A DNA stretch of 32,000 nt from contig NZ_CP007496.1 of NCBI RefSeq assembly GCF_000803625.1, positions 90,001-122,000 on the forward strand, written 5' to 3'. The position numbers were made by a program, and so were the translations under genes. Of the stretch, positions 17,203 to 25,582 are shown piece by piece; within the stretch, counting starts at the first letter, position 1; the number at the start of each line of letters is the position of its first letter. A model generated the notes under the pieces. It was not told where the DNA came from, searched no databases, and saw only the letters and a list, made by a program, of their open reading frames with translations. This DNA is from Candidatus Nanosynbacter lyticus. Its GTDB lineage: Bacteria; Patescibacteriota; Saccharimonadia; Saccharimonadales; Saccharimonadaceae.

Positions 17203-17437
17203 CAGCCAATGCTCCGCCTTTACGATACTTCGCAAATTGTAAAAGCGTTGAGCGCGCGGCCAGTACCGCATGCATCCAGCTAATCCTCGTTAAGATGTTA
17301 GCGATTATAATACTGGATGTATGCAGAGGAACGCTGCAGGGATGCTCCTTAATTAAGGAGCGGTCAATCGTCTCGAGCGGTAGCTAAAAGCTATAGACAC
17401 CCGCGCCTAATAGTTATTTTTTATCGGCGGATGGTTG
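17203..17437 (+). ncRNA. Unclassified multi-helix structured RNA (ncRNA or 5' leader of the downstream locus)
   Basis: Closing helices CAGCCA/TGGTTG (17203-17208/17432-17437) and TCCGCC/GGCGGA (17213-17218/17426-17431); inner GCGCGG/CCGCGC (17254-17259/17401-17406); 12-bp GCATGCATCCAG/CTGGATGTATGC (17268-17279/17313-17324); GCTCCTTAATTAAGGAGC hairpin; TAGCTAAAAGCTA hairpin. Confidence 0.55.
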
Positions 17438-17449
17438 TGTTTATTTCTG

Positions 17450-17487
17450 ATAATACTATCGCTCAGGCTTCTTGTTTATAGTATTAT
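17450..17487 (+). repeat. Perfect 10-bp inverted repeat immediately before a GTG start
   Basis: ATAATACTAT (17450-17459) and ATAGTATTAT (17478-17487), 18-nt loop. Confidence 0.8.
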
Positions 17488-17865
17488 GTGAGTATGGGGA
17501 TAAGAATAGTTAGTCTCATTGCATTGGTTGCTACGATTTTTATTGCTGTTTTGTTGAATGCGACTAATCCAAGTAGTACGGGTCCGTTTGGAATTTTGGC
17601 ATTTTTTACGTGCTTGTATATATTGTTTATCTGTATAGTCTATGTGATATTTTTAGTTTCGGAGCGAATAGCTGCGAACTTTTTTAATTTTAATAAAATC
17701 TCTGAGAAGTCTAAGTATAAAATATATTATTATTCTACTATGATATCTCTTGCTCCGACTATTTATGTTGGGATGCAGTCAATGGGCGGTGTTGGGTTTT
17801 TCGAAGTAATGCTGCTGGCGATTTTTGAGCTGTTGGTGTGCTTTTTTATACATAAAAGATACTAA
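17488..17865 (+). CDS. Small multi-TM membrane protein, hypothetical
   Basis: 125-aa ORF, hydrophobic, first gene of the 17.5-21.2 kb collinear group; start may be GTG 17488 or ATG 17494. Confidence 0.65.
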   Translation: MSMGIRIVSLIALVATIFIAVLLNATNPSSTGPFGILAFFTCLYILFICIVYVIFLVSERIAANFFNFNKISEKSKYKIYYYSTMISLAPTIYVGMQSMGGVGFFEVMLLAIFELLVCFFIHKRY

Positions 17866-17886
17866 TATCTCGGAGCACCTAAACGT

Positions 17887-18375
17887 ATGCTTTTAAGTGG
17901 TGACGTGATACAATGTATATGTATGAATCCGGAATTACCACAAGTCAGCAGGAATACTGAGGTACAACCCCAGATCTTTGTGGGTGGCGAGAATGGTGTA
18001 GAAAGTACAATAGAAAGTCCTGAACTGATATCTGATACAGAGCGTAGACAGTCTTCTGTCGTTGAGCAATACAATAATATACCAGTAGCATTGCCCGTCG
18101 ATGACACCGATGACTCAGCCGCTCTTCCGAATGATGATAAAAATACAACATCGGTAAATGCAGGTTCGACTTCGATCCCTAGCGACGATATGCCATTAGT
18201 TGCAGCAGACGAGGATCTAATTGAAAAAGAGTGGGTAGATAAAGTAAAAAAAATTATAATTTTAACGAAAGATGACCCTTATGAGAGAAGTAGGGTTATT
18301 ACCCAGCTGCAAATTGATTATTTGAAAAAAAGGTATAATAAAACGTTGGGTAAAGATTATAATAGTGGTGAATAG
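17887..18375 (+). CDS. Hypothetical acidic protein, disordered N-terminal half with conserved-looking C-terminal helix region
   Basis: 162-aa ORF ending ...EKEWVDKVKKIIILTKDDPYERSRVITQLQIDYLKKRYNKTLGKDYNSGE; ends 9 nt before the next CDS. Confidence 0.7.
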   Translation: MLLSGDVIQCICMNPELPQVSRNTEVQPQIFVGGENGVESTIESPELISDTERRQSSVVEQYNNIPVALPVDDTDDSAALPNDDKNTTSVNAGSTSIPSDDMPLVAADEDLIEKEWVDKVKKIIILTKDDPYERSRVITQLQIDYLKKRYNKTLGKDYNSGE

Positions 18376-18383
18376 GTTTTTAT

Positions 18384-21233
18384 ATGGGTGCGGGTCCTCT
18401 GATTGTTAGTTTTATAGTAATAGTTATTATTGCGGCTGGTATTACGGTGGCTTTTCTTCAGTATCGTAATATGCTTAGGGAGGCTAAAAATTACGAACGT
18501 GGGCTGAAAATGGTGCCACTACTTATTCATTTACCGCCAACTAGCGAAGATGTTAATGGCTCCAATAGAGATGAGAGGGACCTTACGGAAGAGGTCTTGT
18601 CCCAAGCTCAGGTGATGTACAATATTATCTCAAGTACGGCTACGAAAGGGTTTAAAAGTAAGGTTTATGGACAGCGTCATATGTCATTTGAGATTGTTGC
18701 GCGTGGTGGGCTTGTCCATTATTATGCTGTAGTTCCGTTAGTGCTAGTGGACGTTATTCGTCAGGCCGTAGCAGCTGCTTATCCATCTGCTCGGCTAGAA
18801 GAAGTCACTGACGCTAATATATTTAGTAAAGTGGGGAAAATGAGTGGTACTATAGGTGGTGAATTTACTTTAAAGAAGTCATTTGTATATCCGATATCTA
18901 CTTACCAAGAGTCAAAAAGGGACGCTTCTAGGGCACTTTTAAATGCATTGTCTTCTGCTTCTAGAGAGGACGGTATAGGTGTTCAGTTCTTATTGAGGCC
19001 AGCTTATGATGGGTGGTCAAAAGCTTCAGAGTCTCATATTGATGGTATGAAAAAGAATAAAGGTAAGAAAAAGGGGCTGGCTGGTGTTGCTCCCCTTGAT
19101 ATTATGGAGGCATTGTGGAAGCCGCCAGAGGGTGGAGATAAGGACGAGGCAAAAAGTCCAGAAGATAAGCAATTGAGTTCTTTAGAGCAGGCTGAGGTTG
19201 ATGCCATTAGCGAGAAGACTAGATATCCTGCCTACGAAGTTCTTGTGCGTGTTGTAATTTCCTCAAATACCGCAGCTCGTTCGCAGGTGTTGCTAAAAAA
19301 TATCATTGCTGCTTTTTCGCTATTTGATTCCCCTCGTAATAACGGTTTTAAGTTTTCTTTAACGAGAAACGTTGAGGAAATGACAACGGCTTATATCATG
19401 CGATTCTTTCCTCAAGAAACTCGTAGTAATATTCTCAACAGTGTTGAAATGGCAACATTATTCCACCTGCCAGGATCTAGCGCAATCCCGACTTCACAGG
19501 TTAAGCGTCAAATGTCAAAGCAGGTTGATGGACCAACTGACATTCTAGACGAGGGCCTCCTAATAGGATATAACGAGTTTCGGGGAGTAAAAAAGCCAAT
19601 TCGTATAGGTACAAAAGATCGCCGTCGCCATGTTTACATTATCGGTCAGACTGGTGTCGGTAAGTCGGTGCTTCAGGAGAATATGGCATACCAAGACATG
19701 ATGGATGGCCGTGGGTTTGCTTTTATTGATCCGCATGGCGATTTGGTAGAATCGTTGCTAGGAAAAGTGCCAAAAGAGCGAGTTGAGGATATTATATACT
19801 TTAATCCTTCAGATATGGCCAATCCAATTGGGCTCAATATGTTTGAATTTGATACGCCGGATCAGAAAGATTTTTTGGTTCAAGAGGCAATTAATATGCT
19901 ATACGGGTTATACGACCCAGGACATACGGGGATCGTCGGTCCTCGTTTGGAGCATATTTTTAGAAATTGTGCATTACTGCTAATGGCAGATCCCGCAGGT
20001 GGAACATTTATTGATGTGCCAAAGTGTCTTATTGATCCAGAATTTGTTAAGAGTAAGCTGAAATATGTAAAGGATCAGCAGGTTATTGATTTTTGGACAA
20101 AGGAATTTCCGGCATCTCAGCGCTCAAATGAAGCTGGTGAGGTCGTTTCGTGGGTTGTGGCAAAGTTTGGCCCATTTATCTCTAATGATGCTATGCGTAA
20201 TATTATTGGTCAAACAAAATCTGGCTTTAATCTGCGTGAAATTATGGATAATAATAAGATTTTACTAGTTAACTTGTCGAAGGGCAAAATGGGGGAGCTA
20301 AACTCCAAGTTGTTGGGTATTATCTTTGTGATGAAATTTCAGGCGGCGGCAATGTCGCGGGCCGATATCCCGGAGGACCAGCGAGTTGATTTTTCATTAT
20401 ATGTCGATGAGTTCCAGAACTTTGCTACAGACAGCTTTGAATCTATTCTATCAGAGGCTCGTAAATATAAATTAAGCCTTATTATGGGTAATCAGTTTAT
20501 GACCCAATTAACCGATAAGATACGTGAAGCTATCATTGGTAACGTTGGTACGGTTATCTCCGGGCGTATTGGTGTGACGGATGCAGAATTGATGGTTAAG
20601 AAGTTCCAGCCGACTTTTGATGTTGACGATTTGGCTAAATTGCCAAATTTCCAATCTATAACCTCTGTAATGATTAATAACGTGCCGTCAGCTCCATTCA
20701 GTATGAACTGGATCCCTCCGATGGGGCAGGCCAATAACCAGTTGAGAGATGCTCTAGTAAGGTTGTCTGCAGCTAAGTACGGCAAGCCGCGCGCGGTTGT
20801 TGAGAAGGAGATTTTTGATAGACTTAGGAGTAGCCAGATACCAAAGCTGAATTCTATGCAGGGTATTTCATCTGCTGGTCAGAAACCCTCAGCCGGAGGT
20901 TCGTCTTTCTTGGATGAATGGCTAGCAAAAAGACAGCAGCTAGGCGGAAAGCCTGCGGTAAATCCGGTTACTAAACCCAGTGGCGTGCAAATTTCTTCAT
21001 CAGCGCAGCAGGTCTCAGGTAGCGTGGGGTCGATAAGCAACACTCCTTCTGCGGCCGCTCCGGTGGGCAATCCTATCTCTCTACAGAATAAAGACTCTGA
21101 GCGGGACATAGCTACAGCTAACACCAATAGGCTACCTAGTGCCGTAGAGCCTAGCCGTCCTGTAGTTAAAAATCGACTTGATTTACGTAGCAGTAATAAT
21201 GATGACAACGAAGTGACAATTAATTTACGATAA
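18384..21233 (+). CDS. Type IV secretion / conjugation coupling-type ATPase (TraD/VirD4/TraG-like)
   Basis: N-terminal TM; HVYIIGQTGVGKSVLQENMA (Walker A), GFAFIDPHGDLVESLL, FSLYVDEFQNFAT (Walker B), LSLIMGNQFMTQL; Pro/Ser-rich C-terminal tail. Confidence 0.9.
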   Translation: MGAGPLIVSFIVIVIIAAGITVAFLQYRNMLREAKNYERGLKMVPLLIHLPPTSEDVNGSNRDERDLTEEVLSQAQVMYNIISSTATKGFKSKVYGQRHMSFEIVARGGLVHYYAVVPLVLVDVIRQAVAAAYPSARLEEVTDANIFSKVGKMSGTIGGEFTLKKSFVYPISTYQESKRDASRALLNALSSASREDGIGVQFLLRPAYDGWSKASESHIDGMKKNKGKKKGLAGVAPLDIMEALWKPPEGGDKDEAKSPEDKQLSSLEQAEVDAISEKTRYPAYEVLVRVVISSNTAARSQVLLKNIIAAFSLFDSPRNNGFKFSLTRNVEEMTTAYIMRFFPQETRSNILNSVEMATLFHLPGSSAIPTSQVKRQMSKQVDGPTDILDEGLLIGYNEFRGVKKPIRIGTKDRRRHVYIIGQTGVGKSVLQENMAYQDMMDGRGFAFIDPHGDLVESLLGKVPKERVEDIIYFNPSDMANPIGLNMFEFDTPDQKDFLVQEAINMLYGLYDPGHTGIVGPRLEHIFRNCALLLMADPAGGTFIDVPKCLIDPEFVKSKLKYVKDQQVIDFWTKEFPASQRSNEAGEVVSWVVAKFGPFISNDAMRNIIGQTKSGFNLREIMDNNKILLVNLSKGKMGELNSKLLGIIFVMKFQAAAMSRADIPEDQRVDFSLYVDEFQNFATDSFESILSEARKYKLSLIMGNQFMTQLTDKIREAIIGNVGTVISGRIGVTDAELMVKKFQPTFDVDDLAKLPNFQSITSVMINNVPSAPFSMNWIPPMGQANNQLRDALVRLSAAKYGKPRAVVEKEIFDRLRSSQIPKLNSMQGISSAGQKPSAGGSSFLDEWLAKRQQLGGKPAVNPVTKPSGVQISSSAQQVSGSVGSISNTPSAAAPVGNPISLQNKDSERDIATANTNRLPSAVEPSRPVVKNRLDLRSSNNDDNEVTINLR

Positions 21234-21248
21234 ATATCGGATGATTAA

Positions 21249-21821
21249 TTAGCGACTTTTTCTATTATTTATGAAGCCTACTCTAGCGTATTCAATGACT
21301 GCGCCTATAGACCAACCTGCTACAAATAACACAATCACCTCTGACCCTGATAATAAATAGCCGTATCTTTTCGCAATAAAGTATACAAAAACAGAGGCTA
21401 TTGCACCTAGTGCGCCAGAAATAATTAAATTAGGGCGGGCAATAGTATTGCCAATGGCGTCACTAGTTTTTTCAACAACTGGATTATGGATAACCTTACT
21501 AAATGCCCTGGATGGAGCTGATAATTGATTTTGGACGTTGGTCAGAGTCTTTTTATATGAGTTATCAATGTCTTTTTTAGTGAGAGGCTTATCTTCTTTA
21601 GCCTCTTTAGATTGACGCTTTTCTGTTTGCTCATTTTCGTGGCGGGTGGCTAGTTCGATAGCCTCGTGCTTGATATTATTCTCATTTTCGGCATTAGATT
21701 TTTCTTTTTCTATGGCTTTTTCTAGAGATTTGGCAATTTCAGTAGATTTTTCGTTATTGACATTATGCCAAGCTTCGGTATCAATAGAGTTTTCTGGGGT
21801 AGATTTTAATTTTTCGCTCAT
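21249..21821 (-). CDS. Hypothetical protein with charged coiled-coil N-terminus and C-terminal two-TM domain
   Basis: 190-aa ORF; minus-strand GGTGTAAAAATGAGCGAAAAA start; PNLIISGALGAIASVFVYFIA and VIVLFVAGWSIGAVIEYA segments. Confidence 0.75.
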   Translation of the reverse strand: MSEKLKSTPENSIDTEAWHNVNNEKSTEIAKSLEKAIEKEKSNAENENNIKHEAIELATRHENEQTEKRQSKEAKEDKPLTKKDIDNSYKKTLTNVQNQLSAPSRAFSKVIHNPVVEKTSDAIGNTIARPNLIISGALGAIASVFVYFIAKRYGYLLSGSEVIVLFVAGWSIGAVIEYARVGFINNRKSR

Positions 21822-21832
21822 TTTTACACCTC

Positions 21833-23437
21833 CTATAGTGTTCCCGCGGACATATCTCGCCGTACTATTCTAACTTCTTTGTTTAATTGACGTGACCGGG
21901 CGTAGAAGAACACTACTACGGCTGAGACAATTCCGGCAAATAGCATATTTTCACTAGCACCAGTTTTTGGCAGCTGAGAAGTTGTTTGCTCGATAACTTT
22001 TGGCGCAGGGCAATCTACCTTCGTGCTGACGGTGTTGCCGAAGGTGTTGTCAATTCGACAATCATAAGATGTTGGGTTGCTTTTGCCTCTAGCCATGGCT
22101 GGTATGTTGCTTTTTATTTGGATAGTAAAGCTGCGCTGTTGGGTTTCACCAGGTTTAATCTTAACAGGGTTCCATACTAGAGTTTTTGCATTACCGCTAC
22201 CAGTGCTGGCGCCTTTATCGTCTGTTAGGCTGCCACCACCGGGATCGAATATATCGGCATATTCCAGTAAATCGCTAACTTGATCTTTAAAAACAAACTC
22301 CTCTTCTTTTAGGCCTTTGTTCTTTACTGATAGGGTGTAGGTAATACGATCTCCAGATTTAGCAACTGTTGTTGTTGCGTTGGCATTATTCTGGGTAAGA
22401 TTGGTTGCAGTTTTTGTTTGAACAAATGAAGCTGAGCATCGGCTATCGTTAATCCATATTGTAGAGTCACCGGGACATGGTTGGCATTGAGGATCGTCTT
22501 TCAGTAGTTTAGGATTTTGTGGACACCTTTCTGGCTCTGGTATAGTGAATGTCTTCACGCAGGCATCTGAAGTTTTGTCTCCCAGTGAGCTTTTAACGGT
22601 TAGAACTACTTTATAGGAGCCAGGAGTTTTTTCGGTATAGGTGACGATTTTATCATTACTGGTGATAGTTTTTATCAGCGTGTTATTTCGATATATATTA
22701 TATATATACTGTTGAATAGTTGCGCCATTGGCTGCACTTGCATCAGCAGTTAACTGATAGGCGTCACCATTCTTTTTTATATCTAGAGCGTTACAGGTTG
22801 CTACTGGCTTTGGTGGAGTTGAACAGTTTGGGTATGTTCCAACTTGTCCGGTTGGGCAGTGGTGGTTAGGTGGTGCAAATTTTAAGATTAGGTTACCACA
22901 GTTTAGCATAATTGCAAACCAGCCGGTCCCAGCTGAATAGCCGACGAATGCCCTATAGGTAAAATTCCCCCATAGGTTGTGTGGTCGATAGTAAAAAGTT
23001 CGAGCGCCGCCTTGTGAGGTGCGAACAACGTAAGATCCTTCGCCTCTTGAGGCGCCAAAATGAGGAGTGAGGCCCCATGAATAAGTCCCCATATTGCTAT
23101 TTAAGGTCTGTAAGTTTCCTGTGGCGGCTTCTAGGTCGGAGCGACTAATCCCTAGATGGTTATAGAGATCGTGGATATTGTTAGTGTTAGCATCATAGTG
23201 GGCTAATAATTGGGAGCCGCTGGAGATTCCGCCATAAATCAGGTCGCTAGAATCTGCGGCATTGGCGGATTCTGGCGGAGAGAATATTGTAAAAGACTGC
23301 ACGATAAGGGCTAGGGCGGTCAAAATAAGTCCGATTTTTCGTGTAGCTTCCTCTTTACGAAGGCGTTTTGCGTAAAAGCCCAGACTGTGAATCATTGAAG
23401 GGCTGTACGGTAGGCGCGAGATAATTTTTTTGAACAT
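21833..23437 (-). CDS. Secreted DUF11-like surface protein with C-terminal LPKTG sorting signal
   Basis: N-terminal signal/TM (KIGLILTALALIVQSFTIF...ANA); TTSQLPKTGASENMLFAGIVSAVVVFFYARSRQ sorting signal; isolated repeat-like domain ATTTVAKSGDRITYTLSVKNKGLKEEEFVFKDQVSDLLEYAD. Confidence 0.85.
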   Translation of the reverse strand: MFKKIISRLPYSPSMIHSLGFYAKRLRKEEATRKIGLILTALALIVQSFTIFSPPESANAADSSDLIYGGISSGSQLLAHYDANTNNIHDLYNHLGISRSDLEAATGNLQTLNSNMGTYSWGLTPHFGASRGEGSYVVRTSQGGARTFYYRPHNLWGNFTYRAFVGYSAGTGWFAIMLNCGNLILKFAPPNHHCPTGQVGTYPNCSTPPKPVATCNALDIKKNGDAYQLTADASAANGATIQQYIYNIYRNNTLIKTITSNDKIVTYTEKTPGSYKVVLTVKSSLGDKTSDACVKTFTIPEPERCPQNPKLLKDDPQCQPCPGDSTIWINDSRCSASFVQTKTATNLTQNNANATTTVAKSGDRITYTLSVKNKGLKEEEFVFKDQVSDLLEYADIFDPGGGSLTDDKGASTGSGNAKTLVWNPVKIKPGETQQRSFTIQIKSNIPAMARGKSNPTSYDCRIDNTFGNTVSTKVDCPAPKVIEQTTSQLPKTGASENMLFAGIVSAVVVFFYARSRQLNKEVRIVRRDMSAGTL

Positions 23438-23509
23438 TTTGACCTCTTTTGTTTTTATTATAGAACTTTAATTCAACTTTAGCATAAGCATACTAGAAAA
23501 GTAAATAGT

Positions 23510-23538
23510 TTGATAATGTATCTATTTTTATGTATAAT
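23510..23538 (+). promoter_or_regulatory. gyrB promoter TTGATA-N17-TATAAT
   Basis: TTGATA 23510-23515, 17-nt spacer, TATAAT 23533-23538. Confidence 0.7.
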
Positions 23539-23584
23539 AAATGTGTTGAAAAGAGCTGATAATTCAGATAATAGTGAGGGAGAT

Positions 23585-25573
23585 ATGGCTAAACAAACAA
23601 ATGAACAATCTTATGATGGCTCGCAAATTCAGGTCCTGGAAGGGCTTGAGCCGGTTCGCAAGCGTCCAGGTATGTACATCGGTAGCACTGGCTATGATGG
23701 TGTGCATCACTTAATTAAGGAAATTGCCGATAACTCTATTGACGAAGCAATAGCTGGCTACGCTACAAAAGTTGAAGTGACGCTGCTGGAAGATGGTGGG
23801 GTGCGTATTTCTGATGACGGACGCGGAATCCCTGTTGATAAGCACCCAAAGACAGGTAAAAGTACCCTGGAGACAGTTTTAACTATATTGCACGCTGGTG
23901 GTAAGTTTGGCGGCGGCGGCTACAAGGTTTCATCTGGTCTTCATGGTGTTGGTTCGAGTGTCGTGAATGCGTTGTCTACGCGAATGATTGCCGAGGTTCG
24001 GAAAAATGGTAAAGTCTATCGTCAGGAATATGCGACTGGCGTGCCACAAACTGATTTAGATGTTGTTGGTAAGTCTGATAACTCTGGAACCACCATTACG
24101 TTTTATCCAGACCCAACTATTTTTAAAGAGACTGTTAGCTTTGATTATAAATGGGTTGTTAATTATCTTCGACACCAGGCTTATCTAACGAAGGGCGTTT
24201 ACACGTCAGTTGTTGACGAGCGAACTGGTGAGAGAAAAGCTTTCTACTTCGAGGGTGGCATTAAGAGTTATGTGAAGAACTTGAATATCGGTAAAGAAGT
24301 CTTGTCGGAAGATATATTTTATGTTGAGAAGCAGGTTGAGGATTGTATGGTGGAGATCGCTGTACAGTATAACGATACTTATGTTGAGGTGGTAAAGCCA
24401 TTTGCTAATAACGTGCTTACTCCTGACGGCGGTACTCATTTGGTCGGTTTTCGAGCAGCCCTAACGCGAGTTATTAACGACTACGCCCGTAAAAATAACC
24501 TACTTAAAGAAAAAGAGGATAACTTAACTGGTGATGATATTCGTGAAGGTCTGACGGCAGTAATATTAGTGAAGTTGCCTGATCCGCAGTTTGAGGGGCA
24601 GACAAAGAATAAGCTTGGTAATCCTGAGATGCGTCGCTATGTAGATCAGGTAATGAGCGAGTATTTTGCGTACTACTTAGAGGAGAATCCAGCTACGGCC
24701 AAGAAAGTGGTCGGGAAGGCGACTTTGGCGGCGCGAGCACGCAAGGCGGCCCGTGCAGCCCGCGATAATGTTATCCGTAAGGGTGCGTTTGAGGGTCTGA
24801 ATTTACCTTCTAAATTAACTGACTGTTCGTCGCGTAATCGAAAAGATTGTGAATTATTTATTGTTGAGGGTAACTCGGCGGCTGGTTCGGCTAAAGACGG
24901 TCGTGATTCAACTATTCAAGCCATCCTTCCTCTGCGTGGTAAGGTATTGAACACTGAGCGAGCAAGGTTTGATAAGATGTTTGCTAATGCTGAGATTGTT
25001 TCATTAATTAAGGCTATGGGTGTTGGTATTGGTGACCAGTTTGATATTAGCGGTATCCGTTACGATAAGATAATCTTTATGACGGATGCTGACGTTGACG
25101 GCGCTCACATCTCAACTCTTCTTATGACCTTTTTCTTCCGCTATATGTCTGAGGTTATTGAGGCGGGGCATGTGTACTTGGCGAAGCCACCTCTGTTTGG
25201 TCTAAGTAAGGGGACTGGCAGTAATCGTAAAATAGATTATGTTTATGATGAGGCAGCTCTCGAAGAAAAATTGACAGAAAAGATTAATGAGCGTAAGGCG
25301 GCTGGTGTAAAAATTGATGAGAACGCTGAGAGGTTCAAACAGGCTGGCTATACCGCCCAGCAACGATTTAAGGGTCTTGGCGAGATGGACGCGTCTCAGC
25401 TATGGGAGACGACCATGAATCCAGAGAATCGAACTTTGGTGAAGGTGAATATCGAGGACGCAGAGCGGGCGGACGCTATATTCACGAAGCTGATGGGCGA
25501 CAGTGTAGAATTGAGGAAAAATTTTATTCAAACAAATGCCGCTAAGGTTAATGTGGAAGATTTGGACTTTTAA
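23585..25573 (+). CDS. gyrB: DNA gyrase subunit B
   Basis: MAKQTNEQSYDGSQIQVLEGLEPVRKRPGMYIGSTGYDGVHHLIKEIADNSIDEAIAG... Start moved to ATG 23585 (preceded by GAGGGAG), because the track start at 23510 coincides with the -35 element. Confidence 0.96.
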   Translation: MAKQTNEQSYDGSQIQVLEGLEPVRKRPGMYIGSTGYDGVHHLIKEIADNSIDEAIAGYATKVEVTLLEDGGVRISDDGRGIPVDKHPKTGKSTLETVLTILHAGGKFGGGGYKVSSGLHGVGSSVVNALSTRMIAEVRKNGKVYRQEYATGVPQTDLDVVGKSDNSGTTITFYPDPTIFKETVSFDYKWVVNYLRHQAYLTKGVYTSVVDERTGERKAFYFEGGIKSYVKNLNIGKEVLSEDIFYVEKQVEDCMVEIAVQYNDTYVEVVKPFANNVLTPDGGTHLVGFRAALTRVINDYARKNNLLKEKEDNLTGDDIREGLTAVILVKLPDPQFEGQTKNKLGNPEMRRYVDQVMSEYFAYYLEENPATAKKVVGKATLAARARKAARAARDNVIRKGAFEGLNLPSKLTDCSSRNRKDCELFIVEGNSAAGSAKDGRDSTIQAILPLRGKVLNTERARFDKMFANAEIVSLIKAMGVGIGDQFDISGIRYDKIIFMTDADVDGAHISTLLMTFFFRYMSEVIEAGHVYLAKPPLFGLSKGTGSNRKIDYVYDEAALEEKLTEKINERKAAGVKIDENAERFKQAGYTAQQRFKGLGEMDASQLWETTMNPENRTLVKVNIEDAERADAIFTKLMGDSVELRKNFIQTNAAKVNVEDLDF

Positions 25574-25582
25574 GGAGGAGAT

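Noticed and set aside
17166-17387. 73-aa ORF with TTG start
   Set aside because: The composition is explained by the structured RNA helices at 17203-17437; the TTG is part of a promoter-like TTGACG and no SD precedes it.
23510-23584. N-terminal 25-aa extension of GyrB in the track
   Set aside because: Starts at the -35 hexamer of a TTGATA-N17-TATAAT promoter. MAKQTNEQ at 23585 has a proper SD.
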